This document shows positions 36,641 to 50,074 of a stretch of DNA of 64,000 nucleotides, one piece after another. This DNA comes from Malacoraja senta. Lineage: Eukaryota. How positions within the stretch are numbered: the first letter of the stretch is position 1; each line of letters begins with the position of its first letter. The DNA is taken from contig JAXLNO010001347.1 of the NCBI GenBank assembly GCA_038087875.1, positions 1 to 64,000 on the forward strand. Reading direction: 5' to 3'. The notes beneath the pieces are model-generated. The model searched no databases, was not told the origin of the DNA, and saw nothing but the letters and a program-made list of their open reading frames with translations. Both the position numbers and the translations under genes were made by a program.

Positions 36641-38460
36641 TACACAAAAATGCTGGAGAAACTCAGCGGGTGCAGCAGCATCTATGGAGCGGAGGAAATA
36701 GGTAACGTTTCGGGCCGAAACCCTTCTTCAGACTGATAGGGGGTGGGGAGAAGAGAGGAAAAAAGGAAAAAGGCGGAGGAGGAGCCCGAGGGCTGGGGGA
36801 GGGGAGGAGACAACCAGAGGGCTGATGAAGGGGAGGGGACAGCAAGGGCTAGCAGAGTTGGGAGAATTCAATGTTCAAGCCCCCAGGATGTAGACTGCCC
36901 AAGCGGAATATGAGGTGCATTTCCTCCAATTTACGGTGTTGCTCGCTGTGGCCATGGAGGAGACCCAGGACAGAGAGGTCAGATACGGAATGGGAGGGGG
37001 AGTTGAAGTGCTGAGCCACCGGGAGTTCAGGTTGGTTATTGCGGACCGACCGGAGGTGTTTGGCGAAACGATCGCCAAGCCTCCGCTTGGTCTCACCGAT
37101 GTAGATCAGCTGGCATCTAGAGCAGCGAATGCAATAGATGAGGTTGGAGGAGATGCAGGTGAACCTCTGTCGCACCTGGAACGACTGCTTGGGTCCTTGA
37201 ATGGAGTGGAGGGGGGAAGTGAAGAGACAAGTGTTGCATCTCTTGCGGTTGCAAGGGAAAGTACCAGGGGAGGGGGTGGTATGGGAGGGAAGGGAAGAAT
37301 TGACAAGGGAGTTACGGAGGGAGTGGTCTTTGCGGAAGGCAGACATAGGGGGAGATGGGAAGATGTGGCGAGTGGTGGGGTCACGTTGGAGGTGGCGAAA
37401 CTGACGGAGGATCACTTGTTGTATGTGACGGCTGGTGGGGTGAAAGGTGAGGACTAGGGGGACTCTGCCTTTGTTGTGAGTGGGGGGATGGGGAGAGAGA
37501 GCAGTGTTGCGGGGTATGGCAGAGACCCTGGTGCGAGCCTCATCTATGGTGGAGGGGAACCCCCGTTCCCTGAAGAATGAGGACATTTCAGATGCCCTGG
37601 TGTGGAACGCCTCATCCTGGGAGCAGATGCGGCGTAGACGGAGGAATTGGGAGTGGGGGATGGAGTCCTTACAGGAAGCAGGGTGGGAAGAAGTGTAGTC
37701 CAGATAGCCATGGGAGTCGGTAGGTTTGTAGTGGATGTCGGTAAGGAGTCTATCACCTGCGATGGAGATAGTGAGGTCAAGGAATGGTAGGGAAGTGTCG
37801 GAAATGGTCCAGGTGTATTTGAGTGCCGGATGGAAGTTGGTGGTGAAGCGGATGAAGTCAGTCAGTTGTGTGTGGGTGCAGGATGTGGCACCAAAACAAT
37901 CATCGATGTAGCGGAGGTAGAGGTCGGGGATGGGGCCCTGGTACGCATTGAACAAGGATTGTTCTACGTACCCGACAAAGAGGCAGGCGTAGCTGGGGCC
38001 CATGCGTGTGCCCATAGCTACGCCTTGTATTTGGAGGAAATGGGAGGAGTCAAATGAAAAGTTATTAAGTGTAAGTACCAGCTCCGCTAGGCGGAGGAGG
38101 GTGTCAGTGGCCGGGTATAGATTGCTTCTATGGTCGAGGAAAAAACGGAGGGCTTCGAGACCATCCTGGTGGGGGATGGAGGTGTACAGTGACTGGACGT
38201 CCATGGTGAAGATGAGGGGGTGAGGGCCTAGAGAGTGGAATGCGCGGAGATGACGGAGAGTGTCTGAGGTGTCTTGAACATAGGTAGGGAGGGATTTAAC
38301 CAAGGGGGATAGGATGGAGTCGAGGTAGGTGGAGATGAGTTCGGTGGGGCAAGAACAGGCAGAGACAATGGGTCTACCGGGACAGTCAGGTTTGTGGATT
38401 TTGGGGAGAAGGTAAAAGCGGGCTGTGCGGGGCTGGGGAACGATGAGGTTTGAGGCTCGT
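36641..38460 (-). mobile_element. Penelope-like element, 5'-truncated (RT + GIY-YIG endonuclease + 3' terminal repeat)
   Basis: ORF 36849..38483: YLLPKIHK, GRPIVS, MDVQSLYT, GVAMGT, RYIDD, then NLIYCIRC..YIGETKR.L..RF..H. Confidence 0.95.
36700..36737 (-). ncRNA. Hammerhead-ribozyme-like core in the Penelope terminal repeat
   Basis: CUGAAGA-A-GGGU-UUCG-GCCC-GAAAC-GUU: conserved core boxes, UUCG-capped helix II, palindromic ACGU helix III. Confidence 0.65.
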
Positions 38461-38479
38461 TCGGCATGCATGCTCACTT

Positions 38480-38860
38480 CCAAAGCATGCTCACTTCATC
38501 AATAACAGTTTGGTACAGCAGTTTAGACACTCACTCCCGTAATAAACTACAGCGCATTGTCAACAAAGCATCCAAAATCATCAGCACTTCCCTCCCATCA
38601 ATAGAATCACTCAATCTCAAACGGTCTGTGTCAAGGGTGAATAAAATAATTTCTGATCCCTCCCACGCAGCTCAGCACATCTTCCACCTGCTGCCGTCAG
38701 GAAGGCGCTACAGCTCACTGCCCGCCAAAACATCATGACTTAAAAACAGTTTCTACCCATATGCAATTCGAAATCTGAACACGCTATGACAACATCACAT
38801 AGCTACCTCGTGCATGTACTGTATACTGTATGTTGTTGTGTTTTATGTTATGTTTGACAG
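38480..38860 (+). mobile_element. Rex1/Babar-clade LINE 3' fragment
   Basis: SSITVWY...KLQRIVNKASKII...DPSH...LLPSGRRY...KNSFYP.AIR. Confidence 0.85.
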
Positions 38861-39189
38861 GAATCAGCCTATTGTGTAACATCCTGTTCTGAACATGAAT
38901 TCCACCAGCTTGACTGCGTGGTCATTAAATAATCTGAATCTGAATCTGAATAACAAGAGGAGTTGAGTATTGGAGCAAAGAGGTCCTTCTGCAGTTGTAC
39001 AGGGCCCTGGTGGGACCACACCTGGAGTATTGTGTGCAGTTTTGGCCTGTTGGCCTTTATAACAAGAGGAGTTGAGTATAGGAGCAAAGAGGTCCTTCTG
39101 CAGTTGTACAGGGCCCTGGTGAGACCACACCTGAAGTATTGTGTGCCCACACACACGCACGCCCTCCACCCGCGCGTGTGTGAACGGGC

Positions 39190-39569
39190 GATTCATCCCC
39201 AACAACACTACTCCGGATGGGTCAGTGTCAAGAGCCCTAGCAGGTCTCACCTCTCTGTCTATCGAATTGGCTGAGAACTCTGGAGTAGACAACTCCTGGA
39301 CTGGGTTTCTAGAATCCTGGTTTGGGAAATGGAAGCACATCTTTACCTCAGCTCTAACATCAGTGGTAGTCATGGTGGGGTTACTGTGTTTGTTCGGATG
39401 TTGTATCATTCCCTGCGTACGGGGATTGGCTCAGCGATTGATAGAAACAGCCCTGACAAAGAACAGGGCCGCCACCATGATGGCCTTCAGAACACAGTAT
39501 AACCAACGAGAGTTGGATAGGGAGGCGAATAATCTGCTGCTAGCATTAGAAAAGGAGGATATAGTATAA
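39190..39569 (+). mobile_element. Endogenous retrovirus env (TM subunit C-terminus), 5'-truncated
   Basis: FIPNNTTPDGSVSRALAGL..LAENSG...WFGKW, hydrophobic anchor, GCCIIPCVRGL; characteristic of fish-type ERV env. Confidence 0.85.
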
Positions 39570-39605
39570 ATCAAAGGTTGCGTAGCAAAAAAGAAAAGGG
39601 TGGAT

Positions 39606-40163
39606 TGTGAGGAAAGAGTTAACAGACATGGTTGATTTAGACTAGGGATAGAACAATGGCTTGGGGTGTCAGCAGAAGCCAGACTGCTGGTAAAATAGAA
39701 AATAACGATATATAGAACAGAGAGAAATTCTAGATAAAAAGTAGCAAATTCAGCAGAAGATTTGAGAAGTAAGTAGAAAGGGAGAAAGTACATAAGGTCA
39801 AACATATCTGCGCATGCCTAATGAACTTACATGAATATGTACACACAGCCACTATGACAAGATGCCTAATTTAAATGCACATGCGATGCATGATATGGGA
39901 GGTGTCTTTGACGTCGGGTGGACGTTCCAGGACGTTCTCGTGGGAATGTGGGCTTTATGTTATGATTGGAAGAAGCACAATGGGGAGGGATGAGGGTGTG
40001 ACAATGATACCCATGAAATGTATAAAGATAGAAGACATCCCGATCCTCGGTGTGCCTCTAGGGGACATCAGAGGAGAGGCACCTATTCTGCAGAATATGA
40101 TTTAAATAAAAAGCTTCTTTGCCGACTTTGTCTCTAAAAGCGTTTGTGATTTTGCATCTCACA
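39606..40163 (+). repeat. ERV 3' LTR (558 bp) preceded by a polypurine tract (39587-39604)
   Basis: TGTGAG...CTCACA termini, TATAAA 40021, AATAAA 40105, PPT aaaaaagaaaagggtgga. Confidence 0.9.
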
Positions 40164-41116
40164 CTTATGTATGGCTTAATTGTATTCATGCATAGTATGA
40201 TTTGGCTGAATGCCACGCAAAGGGGTTTTCACTGTATCTAGTTACCCGTGTCAATAATAAACCAACACGTTGTATCTATCGATTGCAGCACCCAATGTTT
40301 ATTTTAAGCAGGTAGCAAGGTTGTATTAAAATTTCCTTTTTGCCTTTGACTACGTGGTGAATGTAAAGATGGGTCATAATGCACTGTATCGTTACTACTG
40401 TTTATTCATAATACACATACTTTGCTGCCCTAGCTGTCCATGGTCTGTCACTGGAACCAGAGAGAGAGAGAGAACTGGGTGGGAAGGTTGTAATTATACC
40501 AGTGATGTGGGGAGTGGTTAATAGTGGTGAGGTCACTATGTTAAAGGTACATGCACATTTCATCTACGTGGTGAAGAGCCATCCTTTTTTCCACCGCTGA
40601 AGACCTCCATGCGCCAGTACAATATTCTGTCGGCGTGGGGCGATTCGGCATTTGCAATACTGAGGATCAGGACATATTTCCAAATCAGAATGGCGGTCAA
40701 TTTGGATCTTGATCTGCAGGTGCTATTTTTACACGGTAGATTTCAAAGGGAGAACAGCACTAATTGCCCGCTTGGAAAGCGAAAGGGCGTTGATTCCACC
40801 GTCGAGAGGAAAATGATTATAATCTTCCATTCAGTGGCCAAAAGTAACACCAGTCCAAATTAGTCATTTTCCCTGCAGCTTCCAAGTTCACGCGAGTCCT
40901 ACTGTCTGGTCAAAAAGACGGTGATTCAATTATTATTTGAACAGAGATTGATGGCGGAGGAGTTAGCTTGGTAATGTTATTGAATGTCAAGGCAGTTTAC
41001 ATCTTGCCTAATACTACACCTGCAAACAACTTTGCTGACATTCACACATTTCCTAAACATGGAACTCATATCTATACCAACATCTTTGATTTAAATCAGA
41101 AAATACAAACAAAATT

Positions 41117-41287
41117 CGCAGCAGTCGAACGGATGCCTCACAGCGTCAGAGACCCGGGTTTGATCCCGACTACGGACGCTGTCTGTGTGAACGTCGTACG
41201 TGGGTTTTCTCCGGGCGCTGGTCTCCACCCACATTCCAAACTCGTGCAGGTTTATCGGTTAATTGCCCCCTGTAAATTGCCCCTAGT
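41117..41287 (+). mobile_element. HE1/V-SINE-type tRNA-derived SINE (partial)
   Basis: gcctcacagcgtcagagacccgggtttgatcc B-box and V-domain-like core; followed by CR1 fragments to ~41975. Confidence 0.75.
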
Positions 41288-44200
41288 AAGACTGCGTCGA
41301 AACGGGCTTTTCGGCACAGCATGCCCCATCTACATTAGTCCCAACTCCCCACGCTTGGCTCATAACCCTCTAAACCTATCCTATGCATGTACCTGTCCAA
41401 TTGTATATTTATTGTTATGATAGTACCTGTCTCAACCTCCTCCTCTGGCAGCTCGTTCCATATACCCACCACTCTTTGTGTAAAAATGTTATCCCCAGGT
41501 TCCTATTAAATCTCCACACTCACCCACCTCTCACCGTAAATCTATATCCTCTGGTTCTCGAGTCCCCTATTGTGGGCAAAAAACTCATGCGCATTTACCT
41601 GATTGATTGCTCACATAATTTTGTAAACCTCTTTCAGATCACCCCATCCTTTTGCACTCTAAGGAATGAAATCCAGAACCAGGGGCCACATTTCCAGAAC
41701 CAGGAACCACAGATAAGGAGTAAGCCATTTAGAACGGAGACGAGGAAACACTTTTTCTCACAGAGAGTGGTGAGTCTGTGAAATTCTCTGCCTCAGAGGG
41801 CAGTGGATGCTTTCAAGAGAGAGCTAGATAGGGCTCTTAAAAATAGCGGAGTCAGGGGATATGGGGAGAAGGCAGGAACGGGGTACTGATTGGGGATGAT
41901 CAGCCATGATCACATTGAATGGCGGTGCTGGCTCGAAGGATCAAATGGCCTACTCCTGCACCTATTTTCTATTGAATTCAGAGCCTTCTCAACCTCACCC
42001 TCCCTGAACATAGACTCAGTGACTTGCAGAACAGTTCGCATTGGAACAGGCCCTTGGGGCCACACCTTCTGTTCCAAACGTGATGCCAAGTTGAACTAAT
42101 CTCCTCCACCAACACATGTTCCATATCCATCCTTTCCCTGCATATCTATGCCTTTCTAAAGACTTCAAATGCCACTATCAAGTCTCCTTGTAAATCTTCT
42201 CTGGACTCTTTCCAGCTGGTGTGTTGAAAACAAAGTGCATGAAGAATTCAGTGTGTCAGGCAGCATCTGTGGTGGGAATCGACTGACAAGTTTTGAAGTC
42301 ACCAGTCTGAACAAGAGTTCCAGCCTGAAATGTCGTTGGTTCATTCCATCCCACAGATGTTGCCTGACGCACTGTGTTCCTCCAACAGTTTTGCTCAATG
42401 ATCCAACATCTGCAGTTTCTAGTATCCCCAGAGATCTGTTCACTGTTACCATTTAATTGCCCTATTTTATTACATTTTGTATTACATTTCTGTTAAATTA
42501 TGTTGCAGTCTTGGAAATGTTTTCACCTCAGCTGCGAACCTGCATTCCTAGTGTACATTGCTACTTTAATCATGCTAAATTATGATCACTGCCATCAAAA
42601 CACCTCATCACTACTCTACAATACTACTCCCATCTTGCAGCCAAGCAATACCCACCATTTTCTATACAGTCGCCTTAATACTATTTCTTAAATGAATTTG
42701 AGAACCTCTGCACTCTGCTTCAGTGACAGATAATATTAAGTGTAAATTCACAACTATTTATTGTTCTGGGGTGGGTTATTTTGCACCATATAAACAGGCC
42801 AAAATATTTCTCCTTCCGTATCCCTAAGTTTATTTGATATACGATGATGAATACAAATCAATGGATCATTTAAATGTTTACTGTGCTGATGGGGACCATT
42901 CATCCTATCAGGCCAATGCCACCTCTCTACTGGAGAAAATCACTTGTTCAACCCCAGCCCTTAGACTGTAGTTTTGCGTGTTTTTGCTCACAATTAGTTT
43001 ATCCAATTCTCTCTTTGTGATGAAACATAAATAGGATTTGGATCAATGAACGGAGAAAGAAAATTTCAAGGGTACAAATGACTATCTTTATTATGTCAAA
43101 TTACAAGATAAAGCATTAAAAAAGCAATGAATCTCATGGCTTTCAGCTCAATGTTTTAAATGATAGAAGCCATGGCAAATACCATCAAGTCTCACAGTCT
43201 TCTGCCCATTGGAGACTCCTATTTATGATGGCTGGTGTGGAGATCTTGCGGCCCAGCCACTGTCCTTCAAAGATTCTGCATTAAAACAAGCACCGAGCTA
43301 TTCTTGCATGTCTCGGAGAAAAGAAAGGTTTAACTTATCCTTTAGCTACAATAAATATCCTTGTAGGCTGCTCCATAATTTCCCAGTTATTCTAAGTGAG
43401 CCCTCAATCATCTAATTGTTTCCCAAAGCCAGCCTACTTGCTTACCATAAAGTGCAGTTAGCAGAAAATGTAATCTTAGGTGAAAACCCCGTTTACCTTT
43501 TCCAATGCACTAAGGGCATAATGGAGCCAATTACACAACAACTACGTGCCATACACTTGAAATTCCAAACGCACATTGCATATAATTCCTTGTCCGCTCT
43601 CAAACTCTCCAGCAAAGTGATCAGCCTCCCTATCCATTCTTCCCATCAAAGATTGATAATTTTCCAGAGCTCCAAGAACTTAATATGTGATTCACCATCC
43701 TCTGACTCTAGAGATTCCTCCTTATCCCTTTCTAAAGATACATCATGTTATTCTGAGAAATGTGCTTGCCAAGACCATGGCATCTGCAGTTTTAGTCTCC
43801 TGATCTTAGGAAGAATGTTCTTGTTATGGAGGGAGTGCTGTGAAGATTCATCAGATTTCAGGTATGGGAGGACTAATGTATGAAGGGCGATTTGGGCGAT
43901 TAGTTTTACATTGTGATTAGGACCATTCAAAATCAACTACAACATTCTTATGGGTCTGTACAGATTGAAGAGAGTCAAGAGTGTTTTATTGTCATATGTC
44001 CCAGATAATATAATGAAATTCTTACTCGCTGCAGCACAACGGAATATGTAAACATAGTACACTGTAAACAATATGAAAAGCGAGGGAGAGAAAAAAAATC
44101 AGTGTGCATATATATACACAAACTCACAGGTACACACACACACACACATATATATGTGTATATATGTACGTATACATATATTCAAGAGGGAAATCCGGTC

Positions 44201-47200
44201 AGTTCAGGGCCCAGAGGTCACAATCTGATGATCAGGCTTCAAGTTGAGATGAAGAGCGATTACTTCTCCCACAGAATGATGAAGGTGTGGAATGTTATAC
44301 CACTGGAAGCAGTTGAACACAGAACATTGAATTTATACAAGGAGTTATATGTTATTTGTATGGTCAAAGGATCAGAGAAATAAAAGGATCAAGGTATAAA
44401 TTTTAGGTCACAATTGATCACATGGAATAATAGTTGAGGCTCAAATGCCTGAATTCCTATTACTTTTATATTCTGCATTTCAACATTTTTGTATTTATCG
44501 TGGCCACATTTCCTCTGCATCGAAGAACATGATAACTGGGATGCTTAAAAGGAACCGAGACCCTGGTGCCAATGCCTTTTTGCAGATGCATACATTGGTT
44601 TGGTGTTCACAAAGCAAGGACAAATCAGAAATAATTTTCTGAACACGCCATTCATTGCTATTTCAATGTGCTTACCCAAGATACAAAACAATTATACTAT
44701 ATTAATCTATATTAAAAAATGTTTGGATAAAATAAACAAAACACGGTCATCGAATGTCCCTGGGTAAGTTGTCCACCCCCTGCCATCCACCCCTTTGAGA
44801 AGTGGCTGAAGGGAGATATTAAAATACATAAAGCTTTTAAATGAATCACTATGGTGAAAACATTTCCACCATAAAATCCAGCAGGGAATTCTACAGAGAA
44901 TGCTCCCTCTCCTCTCCTCCCTCACAATACTGGTGAGAATGAGGATCCAGATCAATAAATTGCATTTAGGGGAAGGCTGGGCAAACACAAAAGAGAAAAG
45001 AACAGTCGGTTCTACATTGGAGAATCCAGCACAGACTTGCCAACCATGTTGCAGATCGCATAAGGTGGGAAGAGGCTCATGTGGACCATATGCACCAGTA
45101 TTGGCAGGATAGGCAGAGTGGCCTGTTCCTACACACTTGTCTCCACTACAACCTTGTATTACTTTGACTGCCAATTCATTTTTGATCATTTTGTTCCCAT
45201 TCATTCTTTAAAAAATACAAAATCAACTTTGACGTAAGATAACTGTGATTGATGCTGTTGCAAATAAATGGAGGCCTTACATTTTCTTAACAACAATTTA
45301 ATTTTGCGCCTTGCATATTGTATCTTTCATATTATATCTTGCATATTCCATATATCTTGCCTTTACTTCGCAACATGAAGCCACTATAAAACAGGGTGCA
45401 ATCCAATGTGTTTACTTGGATTTCATGCCAATCTATTTCCAAAAATCTTAAACTCAATGGTCTATTCATCAAACACATTCTACAGGCAACTATTATTAGG
45501 TGAAATCTCAAGAGCAGAACTTGTACCAAATGAGCCACATAAAATGAACTTGATCTCTGTGCCACCAATCACTGTGGACAGTTTTATATTCATATGGATG
45601 ATAAATTCTTTGCATTAGATTAGAAATGTACAAAGTACAAACAATCAAGACATTTTGACATCATCAAATAACCAAGCGTTATGTAACAACATTTATTGGT
45701 GCTGTGTCTCAGACTAAATGCAGTGTTAAAGCAACATATATTCTATCCAATAATGACTGTAGCTAATGGAATCTGCAACTAAAAACAGAAGACTGAAAGC
45801 ATTCAATGGCTCAAGCAAAATTATTGGGACAAATGGTTGATGTCACAAATAGGGTCAAGAACCTGCACCAGGCCTGTGAGGGAAGAGGTTGAATTGCCAA
45901 TATATAGCAATCAGGGAGGAATAGGACAGAGGCTGGTAGATCAAACGTAGAACCAGGTGGGGAGAGGATAATGGGTGGATGGAAACAGGTAGGAGAGGAG
46001 GAGGAAGAGGTGAACAACAGGAGAATAATCTGTTCAAATGAGACAGAGGTTCACTTGCACCTCTTTCAACTTTCTATACTGCATTCATTGCTTACACTGT
46101 GGAGAAACTAGCTTAGATGTCAACCATTTTGTAGAGCACATCCCTTTGAAGTAAAGATCATCCTGAGATCTGTTGTATGGTATTTTAATACCCCTTCCCA
46201 CTCACACACTGACCCATCTGTCGTTAACCTTGGGCACAGAAAGTTTTAAGTAAAATATCTGATAATCCACCTGGGTAACTTACAAGCCGATGGTATGAAT
46301 ATAAAGTTTTCACATTTCAGCTTATCCATACCACTGGTGTTCATTTGTTCTCCCACAACCACCCATACACCAACTTTGCTCCATCTGCCCATCATCCCCT
46401 CCCCAGCTGATTCCACCTGCCACTTACCAGCCTCTGCCCCATTCCTCCTTCAAACTGTTAGAATCTTCCCATCCTCTCCTTCAATTCTAATGCAATGCCT
46501 TGACTTGAAATGTTGGTATATGTCATTTGCCTCCACAGATGCTGTTTGACCAAGTACTTCCACTGGCCTTTCTTTAGTCTAAAATTCTTGTTGGAAATAA
46601 CCACAAAGTCTTACTCTATCTATAATTGAAACCATTTAATTGGTGCTTAGAGAGCTTTCTAAAATCATGAGGGCGATTGATCAGGATTTATTTTATCCAG
46701 GGTAGGGTAATCAAGTACCAGCAAAAACAGGTTTAAGCAGTGTTCAATGCTAATTTTTTAGGTGTCGGAGCTGTCAAACAGGGGCATTTCAGATTTTGCT
46801 GGAGAGGGGGGGGGGGCAAGCTAGTCTCCCTAGAGGGTCAAACAAGATTATAGCCTATTACTACATCCCAGTGTATAGCTAGTACATTAAAACATATAAT
46901 ACTTAATTTAATTATGACAAAATATTGCACGGTTGCACTCACTGATTATCATGAAATATAATTATGAAGCAAGTAAAGAAAAATACGGTTATCATGTATT
47001 TTTACAGAGGTGCCGGCAAGACACCGACTCACCCTGACTATCCTGCAGCTCTGGGCCTTCACCCACACACACACTCTCACCCTCACACCCATTCACCTAC
47101 ACACACACCCACCCACCAGAGTTCCAGGCCCACAACCACAAACTATGCACACATCACATGGTCTGTCTCTGCTGCATCATAGTGTTCCCCCCTCCTACAG

Positions 47201-47824
47201 GGAACCTCAGTAGTGATGGGTCTTCCCCTTACCCCTCTTTTAATCAGGTTACCCCGACCACACTTCCGCTAGTTAAAATTCTACGCTGTTTATTTTTTCT
47301 TTAACAGAGGTGCCGGATCGGTGCTCAGGTGAGCTCTGGCAGCACTGCACCCCTGGGTTTAAGGTGAGGAGGAAGATTTAGTAGGAACCTGAGAGGCAAC
47401 CTTTTCTACTAAGAGGTTACTGGGTGTATGGAATGAGCTGCCAGCGAAGGCAGAATAACAACATTGAAAAGACACTTGGACAGGTACATGGATAGAACAT
47501 GTTGAGAGGAATATGGGCCAAACGCTGGCAAATGTGACTAACCTAAATGTAGCATCTTGTTCACCTTGGAGTATTAGGGCTGAAGTACCTACTTCCATGC
47601 TATATGGCTCCATGACTCTTTGTTAGATGAACATAAACATGGCAAATGGAGTTTAATAATGGAAAATATGTGCTCACACACTTTGGTAAGAGCAATTAAA
47701 AGAAGCTATTATCTAAATGGAGTGAGATTGCAAATGAGTGGAGTACAAGAGATTCAAGTGCTTAAAGTGCAAAACCAAAAGCCAGCAGGTAGATGCAGCA
47801 CACAACGCAGAAGGTGAGTAGCAT

Positions 47825-48575
47825 ATTGGATTGTACAAAAATCCAAAAATTTTGGATTGAAATTTTTGAAATCTTTACAAAATTATTTGAAATAAAACTG
47901 ATACCAAAAGCAGAATGGATTATCTTCGGAACAACGGAAGATAGTCCTGAACTAAATGTGTTTCAAAAGAAATTAATAGACTATGGGTTAATAACTGGAA
48001 AAAGTTAATCCTAAAATTCTGGAAAAATGCTCCAATACCAACTATAAACATGTGGATTTCAAATATGTTCGAAACATTACACCTTGAAGAGATAAGACTC
48101 CTCCTGGCAGGTAAACCAGATCACTTCCACCTGACGTGGTCTGCATTCATAGAATTATTACAAGTATAGGGTGCAAAAGTACTTTAAAAAAACAAAAAAA
48201 ACTGAGGTCAGGTAAAGGGAGATGAAAGCTGGAGAGTTGGTATATCCCATTTGCGTGATGCTTATAACAAAGTATTTGTTTTTCTCTTTTTCCTCTTTTT
48301 CTTTTTTCTTCTTCTTTAGGGTCATTCTCTTAATCCTTTCTTTTTAATTTCTTTCTTACAGGGTCTTTGTTCTTTCTTGTTGTCACGTTTTTACACCTTC
48401 ACTATTTTCCTTCACTTTCTCTTTTTTCTTAATCTCAACCTTTCCTTTTTATTAGTGTAAAAAATGACGGAGTACATTAATTGTAATAAGATATACGTGA
48501 TGAGTACTAATGTAATTGGTTGTAATGTAATGTACTTCTAATTTAAAAAAATAAATAAATTAAAAAAAAAAAAAG
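47825..48575 (+). mobile_element. L1-clade LINE 3' fragment with poly(A)
   Basis: FWIEIFEIF...IIFG...LILKFW..W ORF2 C-terminus, T-rich 3'UTR, aataaa and A-tail at ~48562. Confidence 0.8.
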
Positions 48576-50074
48576 CATATTGGCGTTCAAAGTGGGTTAC
48601 TATTGTAATTATGGTACATGATGTTGCTAAGGACATATCAGGAGCACTGTGCACAGCTTGGTCCTCAAATTTAAGAAAGGATCTATTAATATTGGATATC
48701 AGCTAGAAGAGATTTCTGGAATAAGCAAGTGTTGCCTAACCATGAATGGCTGAAATCACTGGTTCTGTGTCCCTTGGAGATGACAAGAAACAGAGTTAAC
48801 CTTATGAATGTATTAAAGAGGCATGATGTGGTGGTGAATTGATGGATAATGCGTGGATATATTCTAAAAGAACAGGGAATTGTGTCTTATGTGGAATAAG
48901 CACAGTAAAGGAGTTGAGGCCTCAGTCATATCAGTTGTTATCAACATAAATTGCTAGATAGCTCTAATTTGTACAAATGCAGGGCAGTCTATTGAGAATT
49001 TCTGTCATGTTTGATAAACTTAATTTAACTCTTTCCATTTATTTCAGTTCCTGCATTTTAATCACATCCATGAAATCTTCTACTCAGCGATTGGTTAGCA
49101 GTGCACGTTCTGTTTTGGTTGAATATTTTGATAATCTGAGGGGGGAAATTAAATATTAGACAACAAAGAAATGGCATAGCAGAGAACAGAACTCAGAAAG
49201 ATGCAACTAGTTTATTCGCTTTAACTGTTGATTCATCCCACATAACATCTTCCTTCCAGATATAAAGGCACAGTGCCAGACACCTGGGTTTGATCCTGAC
49301 CACGGGTGATGTCTGTACGGAATTTGTACCTTCTCCCTGTGACTGCATAGGTTTTCTCCAGGTGCTCCAGTTTCCTCCCACATTCCAAAGACAGATGTGC
49401 AGGTTTGTAGGTTAATTGACTTGTGTCCCTAGCTTATGTGGGTGATCATTGGTTAGTGCGGACTCATGTTCAGCACAAACGTTGTTGGACAAAGGACCTG
49501 TTCCTCTATTACAGGGGCATTCCCATTCACCGTAAAATTCAGCGAACTCAGCACCATTGGGTCACTGGAAATATTCCCTGCCTGACCATCAGATCCCTCC
49601 AGATCAGTCGGACAGACACCAGTTAGGCAGCATCTGCCTGCAAATGATTCATGTCCCTCAAACCCCTGCATCTCCATGCACCCACGAAGGTGCACGCCAG
49701 ACGCCACCATCCCTGGCAGTGCTTTCCAGGCACACACCACATAGTATGTAATAAAAACTTGCCCTTTTTTAAAAACTGCAGCTTCTACCCTGCACTGAAT
49801 ATAATGCAATAATTTAAATGCCATAGTAGGCATTTAGTGAATTGGGATAATTTTAGTCAATTGGGAGGTGTGATTGCAAATCTTGTACAATATCATAAAC
49901 CAAGTAAAATGTGACAAAGTCAAAATGGCCAGGCACAAAGAACAGAATAATCATGAACATCAATAACATGTCAATAACTAGACTCTCCTTGTGGCAGCAT
50001 GCTGTAAGGTTGCAAACTCGTTTGCTCCCTTAACTTTTAACTTCCACTGACCACTCTTTCATTCAATCAATCAT

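Noticed and set aside
43416-45204. ORFs 43416..43883 (+) and 44707..45204 (-)
   Set aside because: No recognisable motifs; lengths are compatible with chance. The 45204 end has a possible acceptor but cannot be linked in phase with confidence.
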